A stretch of DNA of 64,000 bases from Heterodontus francisci (lineage: Eukaryota), in NCBI RefSeq assembly GCF_036365525.1, contig NC_090394.1, positions 74,030,146-74,094,145 of the forward strand. The letters run 5' to 3'. Below are positions 50,661 through 63,178 of the stretch, piece after piece. The first letter of the stretch is position 1; every line of letters begins with the position of its first letter. Both the position numbers and the translations under genes were made by a program. The notes under the pieces were generated by a model that was not told where the DNA came from, ran no database searches, and worked only from the letters and a program-made list of their open reading frames with translations.

Positions 50661-53600
50661 TTGTGCACAGCAAGATCCCACAAACAGCAGTGTGATAAAT
50701 GGGGATGGGGGGGGTGGGGGAGCTCCATTCCTTATGTTAAAGCAAGGCCCCGACTGACCTTTTAGGTGAATGTAAAAGATCCCACGGCCGTTATTTCGAA
50801 GGAGAGCAGGGGATCCTCCAATGTTTATCCCTCAATCAACATCACAAAAAAAAAACATTATCTGGTCATTATCACATTGCTGTTTGTGGGATCTTGCTGT
50901 GTGTTTAAATTGATTTCCGCATTTCCTCCATTACAACAGTGACTACACTTCAAAAAGTACTTCATTGGCCAAAGCGCTTTGGGATGTTCTAAGGTCATGA
51001 AAGGTACTATATAAATGCAGGTCTTTCTTTTTATTCCTTATTAACTGGGGACCATGCTTGACGTTCGAGTTTGTTCTGCCCGGACACCTGTGGCTGGATA
51101 GTGATCAGGAGCAAGAGTCCTGGTTGATTCTTTTCTGCCCCCACTTCTCCAGCCCAGGGTCACTGAAACCGATCGTAACATTTCCACAACTGCCCTTTTA
51201 TTCTTAGTATAGACTGGGAATCAAACCTGGTTGTGCCCTGATTTATATAGTTTAGCGTTGCATTTAGAATGATTGGTTCCGAAAAGTATTCCAGCCCAGG
51301 GTGAGAGCTGTTTGTAATTGTTGTACCCGCAACTAAACAAGAATCTCCTAACACAGCCTCTGGTCTAATCTATTCACTCAAAGCAGGATGAAGAGTCACG
51401 GCAGACAGGCTGTGTTTAGAATCAGTTTCGTTATGTTCAGTAAGGACTTCAAAATTCTCAGCTCAGCCCACCTGCAGCTACAATCCAGGTCCTGCATTTT
51501 TGTATAATTTTCCCTTTCAAAGGGGGTTCTGCAGAGCTGACCTACAGGATCTCACTGGAATCCCCATGTCCAGCTGTCGCTGACTCTTGACTGACCCGGC
51601 ACCCTGCTAACAAGTCCTCTCCTCGTTACTCCCTTCCCCCCCCCCTCCCCCCATCTCCTTGTGCCCAAGCAAATCGACTTTGAGCCCCTCGCCCTCTTTC
51701 TCAGATCCCTCCACAGCCTGACTCTACACTCCCAGTGCAGTGCTGAGAAAATGCTGCATTGTCAGAGGAGCTATCTTTCAACGAGGTGTCAAACTGGGGC
51801 CGTGCCGACAGCTCAGGCGGATGCCAGCGGTTCCCTGGCACTGGCAGAAGAGAGCAGGGAGGTTAAGAACTAGGAGCAGGAGTGGGCTATTCGGCCCCTC
51901 AAGCCTTCTCTGCCATTCAATAAAGTCATGGCTGATCTGATCTTGGCCTCAACTCCACTTTCCTGCCTGTTCCCCATTTCACCCTTCCAATTCTTAAGTC
52001 AGTAATTTGGGAGTATTGGGAAAAACCCTTAGTTAAAATCCCAGACAAACAATCTGTAGCTTTGTAACAATAATTGCAGAGGACGGAATCGGGATCCAGT
52101 CCGTCATTCGTTTATCTCTCTTCCCGTTTGCTCTTGGTGTTTCTGAAAGACGATACACTGTGCAATGCTTATAGCAAATTGCGTTAACACTTGTATTAGC
52201 CTTCATTTCTACAGCTGTGGTATTAAAGAAAAGAAAGACAGACTTGCATTTCTGTAGCACCTTCCACAACTTTGGGATGTCTCAAAGCATTTTACAGCCA
52301 ATGAAGTACTTTTGAAGTGTAGTCACTGTTGTAATGTAGGAAATGTGCCAACCAATTTATGCACAGCAAGCTCCCACAAACAACAATGAGATTTTTTAAG
52401 TGATTTTGGTTGAGGGATAAATATTGGCCAGGAGACTGGGAAGAACTCCCCTGTTCTTCCATAGGATCATTTACATCTACCCGAGAGGGCAGACGGGGCC
52501 TGGGTTTGACATCTGCACTGAAAGACGGCACCTCTGGCAGTGCAGCGCCCCCTCAATACTGCACTTGAGCGTCAGCCTTAATTTTTGTACTCGGGGTTTC
52601 CAGAGTTAGTCTTGAACCCACGACCTTCTGACTCCAGGATGAGAATGCTACCAACTGAGTCATGGCTGTACCTGCACCACATTGTAAGAACGTTGGGCCG
52701 TCTTAATTGTCTTGACAGTTTGTATTTTCGCCCAGTTTAGTCTCGTCTCCCCTCCTTTCACCCGCTCCAAATCCTGCTATTGCCCTTCTGTCCATGGCAC
52801 CAACTCTTCCCAAAGTGGATACAACCCCGTGAAACTAAGCAGGACTTTGAGAATGAGAAGCGTTGGAAGGTCGAACTGTGGTTCTGACGTTTCTCTCTCT
52901 CTTTCTCGGCAGATGGCTGTCTGAGACTTTGAGTAAGGTGTGTCAGCACCAGCACAGAGAAACTGCTCAAATCAAACCGTCGTGAATGTTGATGACAAGG
53001 TAATTGTGGAAGCCAGTTATTCTTGTGTTTGCACAAACAAGCGTGCCATTAAACTGTGGCAGGGAGAGTAGCTCGATCCATAAATGCAACAACAACTTGC
53101 ATTTATGTAGCCCCATCAATGTAGCGAAATGCTTCACAGGAGCATGATCAGCATAATTTAAGGAGGGTCTTAAATGAGGAGAGAGAGAGAGAGCGAGAGG
53201 CGGAGAGGTTAAAGGAAGGAATTCCAGAGCTTAGGGTCAAGGCTGACAGCATGGCCCCCAATGGAGGGATGAAGGAAATGGGGGATGTACAAGTGGCCAG
53301 AATTGGAGGAGTGCAGAGTTCTTGGAGGGTTGCGGGGCTGGAGGAGATTACAGAGATAGGGAGGGGCGAGGCCAGGACAGGAGGATGAGAATTTAAAATT
53401 CTAGCTCAATTCCCGATGAGTTAGCAGGTGTTCGTTGGGAAGAAGGGGGTAGGAAAACGTTGTTAAAACTATAAATATTTTTAAATACTAAGGTCAAGTC
53501 CTGTGATTGGTTGGTGTTTAAGTTGACGTGCAAAATGATCAAATCAAAGAGCTGGAATTTATTAATGCACTTTCACATCTGGATCATCTGCTCACTCTTA

Positions 53601-55386
53601 ATAAATAGTGTCACTCCAGACGTCACGTTGATGAACTGAAACTGGATACACGTAGCATTAAGGCTTGTAAACCAATATACAGTATAAACGTTATCTGTAG
53701 TGGTCGTCAATGGAATTGATGATAATTGCGCACAATTAATAATATATACAGTAGAAGTTTTCAGGTGTGTTCTGTTTATTCCTACTGTACAGCACAAGAC
53801 CAGGAGATTAAATTGCACAAGAGCAGGGGATTAAATTTATATATAGCAAAAAGATATAATCGTATTTTAAGAATGAAGAGGCCACGTACTGCTTGGATAA
53901 CGGTCTGAATGAGGTAGAGGGAACTGGGGGGTACAGACGCCAGATACACAAATCACAGCAATGCTGGTTAGTAAAGCTGTTTTTAAAAAAAAAAAAGCAA
54001 ACAAGGCACTAGGGTTAATTTCTAGAGGGACAGAATTGAAAAGGAGGGAATTCGAGTTAAACCTGTATAGAACCTTGGTTCGACCATACTTGGAGCACTG
54101 TGAGCAGTTCTGATCTCCATCTTATAAAAGGGATATAGAGGCATTGGAGAAGGTGCAAACATGATGTACACTGACGATAGCAGTGCATAGAGGTTATAAC
54201 TAGCAGGGAAAACTCAATAGGCTGGAGCTCCTTTCTCTAGAAAAGAGAAGGCTGAGAGGTGACCCGAGAGAGGTCTTCAAAATGATGATGGGGTTTGATA
54301 GCAGGGACGTAGAGATGTTTCCACTTGTTGGTCTTAATGCTCCACATGAGCCTCCTCCCATTCCTTATATCTCATCTGAACAACAGACCTTTCTATTCCT
54401 TTCTCCCTCATGTCTTTATCTAGCTTCTCTGAAATGCATCTATACTATTCACCTCAACTCCTTCTCACAAGTTCCACATCTTCACCGTTCTCTAGGTAAA
54501 GAAGTTTCTCCTGTATTCCCTATTAAATTTATTGGTGACTGTCTTATATCGATGGCCCCTCATTCTGATCTCACCCACAAGGGGGAACATCTTCTCTACG
54601 TCTACCCTATCAAAACCTGTCATGATCTCGAGGACCTCTCAGGTCATCCCTCAGTCTTCTCTTTTCTAGAGAAAAGAGCCCCAGCCTGTTCAATCTTTCC
54701 TGATGGGTATAATCTCTCAGTTCTGCTGTCGTTCTAGTAAATCTATTTTGCATCTTCACCTGTGCCTCTATATCCTCCTCACGATGTGGGGCTCAGAACT
54801 GTGCACAGTATTCCAAGCGTGGTCTAACCAATGTTCTATACAAGTTTAATATAATTTTTCTGCTTTCCAATTCTACGTATATTATTGTTCTTTCTTTTGG
54901 GCCTCCTTATCTCGAGAGACAATGGATACGCGCCTGGAGGTGGTCAGTGGTTTGTGAAGCAGCGCCTGGAGTGGCTTATTGTATCAACTTTTAAATGATC
55001 TATAATGTGTGTTGAGTAACAGTGAGTGTGTAAAGTTTTGGCTATATTTGAAACGTACATCTATAGATTGTGCTCTTCTAAACTGTTGCTTACGAGTCTG
55101 TCAATGATGGTTGGAGCAGTTTGAAGTGACGGATTAAGAATATCACAGGCCGAACCCTATCTGCACTTTGGAATGTAATTGTAAGGGTTAAGCAGAGTTT
55201 GTTTCTCTATGGTGTATTGATCCTGGTACAAACACATCACAATAACTGTGGGATTTTTGTATGAATGAGCGGATTGTTTACATTGACTCAACTGGTTACT
55301 GAATCCTGATGAAGAATTTCCAGCAGGGTTTTGGATGATTGGGATGCTTACATACTGTAGTCTCTTTGTTTCTGTTCAGCCCCAGG

Positions 55387-55473
55387 ATGACAACAGCACA
55401 CGAAAGGCAATTTCCCCCCTCGCTGTTGAGCTTTTTCATTTACAATCCAAAGTTTGGACCGAGAGAAGGTGAG
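55387..55473 (+). CDS. CCZ1: CCZ1 coding exon 1
   Basis: QFPPSLLSFFIYNPKFGPREGE; donor GAG|GTAGGT. An acceptor precedes the ATG, so a few codons could lie in an upstream exon. Confidence 0.9.
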
Positions 55474-58400
55474 GTAGGTGAATAACGGGATAACTATAAA
55501 CGAAAGCATTTGCTGAACTCATGCTGTCTGTCACCTGCATTTTGAGTCTGATGTAACAGTCGGGACACTGTCAGAATCCCCACCTTCAGTGTGTTTATAC
55601 AAAACATTAACATGTTGCACTAATCTTTGAAAGTGTGAAGATTAACTCTGCTGCCTGTTCTTTACTTGCGCGTAGTACCATTCACCCATCGCCCCCTGTG
55701 CTCATTGACCTACATTGACTCCCGGCCCAGCAACACCTCGATTTAAAAATTCTCCTCTTTGTTTTCAAATCCCTCCGTGGCCTCACCCTTCCTACCTTTG
55801 TAACCTCCTCCAGCCCCACAACCCTCCGAGATATCTGCGCTGCTCTAATTCTGGCCTCTTGCACAGCCCCAGGTTTAATCTCCACACCATTGGCGGCCGT
55901 GCCTTCAGCTGCCTGGGCCCTAAGCTCTGGAATTGCCTCCTTAAACCTCTCCGCCTCTCTCTCTCTCCGTTAAGATGGTCCTTAAAAGCTACCTCTTTAA
56001 CCAAGCTTCTGTTCACTGGTCCTAACATCTCCCTATGTGGCCCAGTATCAAATTTTATTTGTTAACTCCTGTGGAGCGCCTTTGGACTTTTTCCAAGGCG
56101 CTATATAAATGCAAGTGCTTATAGAAGAGGTGGGTCATTGTGAATCGTTAACTGACCTGCTGTTTATGTTCTAGGAAGAAAAAAAGATCTTGTTTTATCA
56201 TCCCAGTGAGGTTGATAAGAATGAAAAGATTAGGAATGTTGGATTGTGTGAGGCAATCGTGCAGTTTACAAGGTAAGGATCTTGTTTTAACAAAATATGC
56301 TGTTTTCATGGTGTAACCTTTCTCTGGAGACATGAAGGAAGAAGTGTCTCATTGGCTCTTCCTATTGTGGGACAGGTTATGAGCCAGGTTTTTTTTTAAA
56401 AAGAGGCAGATAATGCAGCTGTAAACCAGCTGTTTCAGAGAGACAGAACATAGAAAAAACCAGCTTAAAATTAATGAGAGGGTCGAGGTGTTAAATTCTC
56501 ATCTTCGCTGAGCAGTGGCTGTGCAGCAGATTTCCCCGAGTGAAGCTGGTCATGGGGCAACATGAACCGCATAGTAACTGGCTGGGAATGAGATCGCAAA
56601 TTATAAACGTAGAATCGAAATGTTCAAATACCACGTGGGATCTCATGGTTACTTCTGGGAGAGGGGGAGGCAGGATCTTCTTTGGAGGGCAGCAGGTCAG
56701 GGCTCAGTCGTGGAGATACGAGGGTGAACTGTCTGCTGTTATTCTGATTACATCTGGGAATGAAGAGGTATTTATACAGAGTGTTCCCTTGGAATGTTAA
56801 CTAGGTGATGGGGTCGATTATACCTGGTCTCCAATGACGATCTCTCTTCCACGCTTTCTTATGTGACTGCTTGCTGCATTTTGTGACTCAGTCTCGGAGT
56901 CAGAAGGTTGGGGGTTCAAACCCACTCCAGATGTTATGCAGGCTGACAGTCCCAGTGCAGTACTGAAGGAGTGCTGCACTGTCAGAGGTGGATAGACATT
57001 CAAACAAGCCCCATCTGCCGTCTCGGGTGGATGTAAAAGATCCCCCGCGCTATTTCGAACAGGAGCAGGGGGTTTCTTCCCGGTGTCCTGGCCAATATTC
57101 ATCCCTCAACCAGCATCACTGAAAGACAGATGATCTGGTCATTATCACATTGCTGTTTGTGGGATCTTGCTGTGTTCAAATTGACTGCCATGTTTCCTAA
57201 GTTACAGCAGTGACATTTCAAAAAGTGGTTCATTGGCTCTAAAGTGCTGTAAAGGTTGTGAAAGACAATATGTCAATAGAAGTTTGTTCTTTCATTCAAT
57301 GGCTCAGTCTTCTCATTAGTCCTGATCTTTTGCAAATGTTGTAAGCTGTTGTTCAGTGAGAGTAAATCATAGATTACATGCAATCTTAAGAGAAGCTTTC
57401 TGTGTTAGATTTATAGAACCACACTCTGGACTAACCTGCCTGTTTCTTCTATGCCATTCACAGGACCTTCTGTCCTACCAAGCCTGCAAAGTCCTTGCAT
57501 ACACAGAAGAACAGGCAGTTCTTTCATGAAGCTGAAGAGAATTTCTGGATGGTTATGGTACACATTGCATGACATATTATAGGCTTGATTAGGTTACAAT
57601 CTTGTAGGTTGTGTGATGCTGTGCCGTGTGCTACCTGGAACTGTTGTTTTGTATGTGAAGCTGAGCGTAAGCAAGGCTGAGCTGTGGGTACTGCATTTTT
57701 TTTTTCAGATCTACCTGTTCCACCCTGACCCTAGCTCTGCCAAGGTTGGGTGAATACAGCCTGCAGCTGAATCTCACCTGTGACTCGGTGGGTGGCACTC
57801 TAACCTCTGGGTCAGGAGGTTGTGGCTTCAGACCCCACTCCAGAGACATGATACCATAATCCAGGCTGACCCACCAGTGCAGTACTGAGGGAGTGCTGCA
57901 CTGTCAGCAGTGCCATCGTTCGGATGAGACTTTAAACCAAGGCCCCGTCTGCCTTTTTATTTATTTTTTTTTAATTTATTGATACAGCACTGAAACAGGC
58001 CCTTCGGCCCACCAAGTCTGTGCCGACCAACAACCACCCATTTATATTAACCCTACAGTAATCCCATATTCCCCTACCACCTACCTACACTAGGAGCAAT
58101 TTATAATGGCCAATTTACCTACCAATCTGCAAGTCATTTGGCTTGTGGGAGGAAACCGGAGCACCCGGAGAAAACCCACGCAGACACAGGGAGAACTTGC
58201 AAACTCCACACAGGCAGTACCCAGAATCGAACCCGGGTCGCTGGAGCTGTGAGGCTGCAGTGCTAACCACTGAGCCACTGTGCCGCCCTTCTTAGGCGGA
58301 TGTAAAACATCCCATAGCCATTCAGAGATTTCTCCCCGCTGTCCTGGCCAAAGCCTATCCCTCAACCCAACATCGCTATAACAGATTATCTGGCCATTTA

Positions 58401-61400
58401 GCACTGTGGTTTTTGGGAGCTTGCTGTGCGCAAGTTCTTTCTTCAATTCTCCCTCCCTAAGGAGATGCACTTTGTTCTGTGCTCACTACCCCCTGCTGCT
58501 TGGAAGGTGTTGGTGCATAGTGCTCATGTTTTGACACAGCTTGGGGTCACTGTATTTACTCTTTTCCCTGCACCCCTCCCCCACCTTTCTTTCCCTCATT
58601 GTCTTCCACTTCCCCCTCCCCTCAGAAGCTGGTGCTGTTTCTGTCCATTCACCACTGCTGCTCTTTATGTTGCTGTGGCCAGGTGGTGTCAAATCCTATG
58701 ATTGAAAAGATGAACAAGGATGGAACTCGTGTCCCGGAATATCAGGAGGACGAGATACTGGTTAGTTAGTGTTTACTCACAATCTACTTCCGCCCCAAGG
58801 TTAGATTTCACCAGGAAAACTTTACTGTATTGGGTATCAAATCATCCGTGAAAAGCAGATAGAGAGCTCATGGATCGTAGTGCTGGATCCTGGTGCAGGA
58901 TCCTAGTGCTCGATCGTAGTGCTGGATCCTGGTGCAGGATCCTGGTGCTGGTTGGCAGAGATCATGAGAAAAATAGCCCCATCCCAGAACCATTTTACAT
59001 TTAATTAAAAACTTTTAAGAGAGCAAAGGAAATTTGCAGGGCCATGGGGGAGATTGGATAACTCTTTCCAAGAGCTGGTACAGCCTTGATGGGCTGAATG
59101 GCCTCAGACCACACTGCAAGAGTCTATGGGTGTTCACTGTCAATCAATTCACTCAAATTTCAACAAAACCGATAGTAAAAGCTATCATAATTTTTTTTTT
59201 AAATCGGTCAGCTGTGATCAAACTGAATGGTGGAACAGGCTGAATGGCCTCCTCCTGTTCGTATGTTCCTAAGGCACTGCAAATGTGGAAAGGAAGTAAG
59301 CATTGTCTTTCTTTTCTCTGGAAAAGAGAAGGCAGAGGGGTGACCTGATAGAGGTCCCTTTAATTATGGAAGGGTTTGATAGGGTAGATACAGATGGTGA
59401 ATGTTGAAAAAGGAGGTAATTCAGACACTGGAGGGGTTTAAAATTGATTAAGAGGAAGTATTAGATAGGCTGTCTGTACTTAAAGTGGATAAAGCACCAG
59501 GACCAGATGAAATGCATCCAAGGATACTGAGGGAAGTGAGGGTGGAAATTGCAGAGGCACTGGCCATAATTTTCCAGTCTTCCTTAGACTTGGGGATGGT
59601 GCCAGAGGACTGGAGAATTGCAAATGTTCCACCCTTGTTCAAAAAAGGATGCAACTGCAGGCCAGTCAGTTTAACTTCAGTGGTGGGAAAACCTCTAGAA
59701 AAAATAATTCGGGATGAAATTAAGTTACATTGTCAAATGCGGGTTAATTAGGGAAAGCCAGCATGGATTTCTTCAGTGAAATTATGTTTAACTAACTTGC
59801 TGGAATTTTTTGAGTAGGTAACAGAGAGGGTTGATGAGGGCAATGCTATTGATGTGGTGTACATGGACTTTCAAAAGGCATTTGATACAGTGCCACACAA
59901 CAGACTTGTGAGCAAACTTATAGCTCATGGAATGAAAGGGACAGTAGCAAGATGGATACAAAATTGGCTGAGTGACAGGAAACAAAGAGGAGTGGTTAAT
60001 GGATGTTTTTCGGGATGAAGGAAAGTTTGTAGCGGAGTTCCCCAGGGGTCAATGTTGGGACCCTTGCTTTTCCTGATATATATTAATGACCTAGATCTTG
60101 GTGTACAGGGCACAGTTTCAAAGTTTGCAGATGATGCGAAACTTGGAAGCATTGTGAACTGTGAGGAGGATAGTGTAGAACTTCAAAAGGACATAGACAA
60201 GTAGGTGGAATGGGCAGACAGGTGGCAGATGAAGTTCAATGCAGAGAAATGTGAAGTGATTCATTTTGGTAGGAAGAACATGGAGAGAAAATATAAAATA
60301 AAGGGTACAATTCTAATGGGGGTGCAGGTGCAGAGGGACCTGGGTGTATATGTGCCATAAGTCATTGAAGGTGGCAGGACAGGTTGAGAGAGCAGTTAAT
60401 AAAACATACAGTATCCTGGGCTTTATTAATAGGGGCATAGAGTACAAGAACAAGGAAGTTATGTTGAACTTGTATAAGACACTAGTTCGGCCTCAGCTGG
60501 AGTATTGCGTCCAGTTCTGGGCGCCACACTTTAGGAAAGACGTGAGGGTATTGGACAGAGTACAGAAAAGATTCACGGGAATGATTCCAGGGATGAGGAA
60601 TTTCAGTTATGAAGATAGATTGGAGAAGTTAGGGCTATTTTCCTTGGAGAAGAGAAGGCTGAGAGGTGATTTGATAGAGGTTTTCAAAATCATGACCGGT
60701 CTGGACAGAGTAGATAGAGAGAAAATGTTCCCACTCGTGAGAGGATCGAGAACGAGAGGGCACAGATTTAAAGTATTTGGTAAGAGTGACACAAGGAAAA
60801 ACATTTTCTCGCAGCGAGTGGTTAAGGTCTGGAATGTGCTGCCTGAGAACGTGGTGGAGGCAGGTTCAATTGAAGCATTCAAAAGGGAATTAGACAGTTA
60901 TATGAAATGAAGAATGTGCAGGGTTATGGGGAAAAGGCGGAGGAATGGAACTGAGGGAACTGCTGTTTCGGAAAGCCGGTGCAGGCGCGATGGGCCGAAT
61001 GGCCTCCTGTGCTGTAACAATTCTGTGATTCTGTTTCCATTAGTGAGAACACCAGAATTAGGAGCCATAAATATAAAGTAGTCAGCAATAAATCCAATAG
61101 GGAATTCAGGAGAAACATCTTTACCCAGAGAGGGGGAGAATGTGGAACTCACTATACAAGATGTAGTTGAGGCTAAGGGAATAGATGCATTTAAGGAGAA
61201 GCTGGATAAACACCTGAGGGAGGAAGGAATCGAAGGATATGCTGCTGGGGTAAGGTGAAGAGGGGTAGGAGGAGGCCTCGTGTGGAGCAGCAACACTGGC
61301 ATGGACCAGTTGGGCTAAAGGGCCTGTTTCTGCACTGTAAGTACTATTGAATTCTCTTGCTGTTGCTGTTTTGTAAAGTAAACCTTTGCTTGTATTTCAG

Positions 61401-61635
61401 GACACAGTGTACGGGGCAGTCATCCAGCAGTGTTACTGTATGTACAAGGTGATGTGGATCGGCTATTTCCTATGCACTTTCTCCTTCTCGTTTTCTTTAC
61501 TGACCAATATTCCCAGCTTAACGTTCGCTTCTGGTTTTCCCGCATGTTCAGCTCTTCAATGGCACCTTTGTAAAATCCATGGAAGCTGGAGGCATTGACC
61601 ATCTGCAACAGAGGATCCAGAAGTTTTTCTACAGG
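55387..61635 (+). CDS. CCZ1: CCZ1 vacuolar fusion protein (MON1-CCZ1 Rab7 GEF subunit), N-terminal part, incomplete at 3' end; join(55387-55473,56175-56272,57464-57557,58683-58760,61401-61448,61552-61635)
   Basis: Six in-phase GT-AG exons translate to MTTAHERQFPPSLLSFFIYNPKFGPREGE/EEKKILFYHPSEVDKNEKIRNVGLCEAIVQFTR/TFCPTKPAKSLHTQKNRQFFHEAEENFWMVM/VVSNPMIEKMNKDGTRVPEYQEDEIL/DTVYGAVIQQCYCMYK/LFNGTFVKSMEAGGIDHLQQRIQKFFYR, recognisably the vertebrate CCZ1 N-terminus. Confidence 0.96.
56175..56272 (+). CDS. CCZ1: CCZ1 coding exon 2
   Basis: TAG acceptor, AG|GTAAGG donor; 98 nt; KILFYHP...NVGLCEAIVQFT. Confidence 0.95.
57464..57557 (+). CDS. CCZ1: CCZ1 coding exon 3
   Basis: 94 nt; KPAKSLHTQKNRQFF...ENFWMVM. 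Confidence 0.95.
58683..58760 (+). CDS. CCZ1: CCZ1 coding exon 4
   Basis: 78 nt; VVSNPMIEK...EYQEDEIL; donor GTTAGT. Confidence 0.93.
58872..58949. repeat. Minisatellite, 6 x 13 bp (GGATCCTRGTGCW)
   Basis: Six units arranged as a 39-bp higher-order duplication. Confidence 0.85.
59395..61030 (+). mobile_element. CR1-type LINE fragment in CCZ1 intron 4
   Basis: KAPGPD..HPRIL, VPEDWRIANV and LVRPQLEYCVQFWAP motifs across broken frames. Confidence 0.9.
61401..61448 (+). CDS. CCZ1: CCZ1 coding exon 5
   Basis: TTTCAG acceptor; 48 nt; DTVYGAVIQQCYCMYK. Confidence 0.93.
61552..61635 (+). CDS. CCZ1: CCZ1 coding exon 6
   Basis: 84 nt after a 103-nt intron; LFNGTF...KFFYR; donor AGG|GTAGGA. Confidence 0.93.
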
Positions 61636-61669
61636 GTAGGACCCTTCATTTATTAATCACGGAATCACA

Positions 61670-62085
61670 GGATTCTTACAGCAGAGAATCAGGCCATTCG
61701 GTCCATCGTGACTACACTGGCTCTCACTCGATAAAAGATTTTCCTCATGTTGCCGTTATTTATTTTGCCAATTATCTTAAATCTGCGCCCTCCCGTTCTC
61801 GATCCTTTCACAAGTGGGAACAGTTTCTCTCTATCTACTCTGTCCAGGCCCCTCATGATTTTGAATACCTCTATCAAATCTCCTCTCGGCCTTCTCTTCT
61901 GCAAGGAAAACAGTCCCAACTTCTCCAATCATTCTTCGTAATTGAAATTCCTCATCCCTGGAACCATTCTCATGAATCTTTTCTGTACTCTCTCCAATGC
62001 CCTCACATCTTTCCTTAAGTGCGGTGCCCAGAACTGGACACAATACTCCAGCTGAGGCTGAACTAGTGTCTTATACAAGTTCAAA
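61670..62085 (-). mobile_element. CR1-type LINE 3' fragment
   Basis: ORF 61689..61928 ([20 protein letters not shown]), inverted relative to its neighbours. Confidence 0.85.
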
Positions 62086-62094
62086 TCTGTGTTT

Positions 62095-63178
62095 TTGTGA
62101 CTGGAGGGCTGTTTCCAGTGGCGTGAAGTAGGGCTCAGTACTGGGTGCCCTGCTTTTTGTGGTGTATATTAATATTGGATATAAATGTAGAGGGCGTGAT
62201 CACAAAGTTTGCAGACGACACAAAGATTGGCCGTGTAGTAGATAGCGAGGAGGATAGCTGTAGGCTGCAGGAAGATATTGATGGTCTGGTCAGATGGGCA
62301 GAAGAGTGGCAAATGGAATTCAACTTGGAGAAGTGTGAGGTGATGCATTTGGGGAGGTCAAACAAGGCAAAGGAATACACGATTAATGGGAAAATACTGA
62401 GACGTGTAGAGGAACTGAGGGACCTTGGATTGAATGTCCACAGATCCCTGAAGGTAGCAGGACAGGTCGATAAGGTGGTTAAGAAGGCATATGGAATCCT
62501 TTAATAAAAACGAGAAATGCTGGAGCCACTCAGCATTTTATATGGAATCCTTTCCTTTGTTAGATGAGGTATAGAATATAAGAGCAGGGAGGATATGCTG
62601 GAACTGTATAACTCATTGGTTCGGCCACAACTTGAGTACTGTGTGCAGTTCTGGTCACCTCATTACAGAAATGATGTAATTGCACTAGAGAGGGCACAGA
62701 GGAGATTTACGAGGATGTCGTCAGGACTGGAAAAATGCAGCAATGAGGAAAGATTGGATAGGCTGGGGTTGTTCTCCTTGGAACAGAGAAGGCTGAGGGG
62801 AGATCTGATTGAAATGTACAAAATTTTGAGGGGCCTGGATAGAGTGGAGGTGAAAGACCTATTTATCTTAGCAGAGAGGTCAGTGACTAGGGGGCATAGA
62901 TTTAAAGTGATTGGTAGAAAAATTAGAGGGGAGATGAGGAATAACTTTTTCACTCAGAGGGTGATGGGGGTCTGGAACTCACTGTCTGAAAGGGTAGTTG
63001 AGGCAGAAACCCTCAACTCATTCAAAAGGAGTCTGGATATGCACCTCAAGTGCTGTAATCCGCAAGGCTACAGACCAAATGCTGGAAGGTGCGATTAGAC
63101 GGGGAGGATTGTTTTTCGGCAGGCACAGACACGATGGGCCAAGTGGCCTCTTTCTGTGTCGTAAACCTTCTATGAATC
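62095..63178 (+). mobile_element. CR1-type LINE fragment
   Basis: KFADDTKIG and LVRPQLEYCVQFWSP in ORFs 62145..62504 and 62595..63098. Confidence 0.9.

Noticed and set aside
58872-58949. Regular short repeats, superficially CRISPR-like
   Set aside because: Contiguous 13-bp units with no spacers, inside a vertebrate intron
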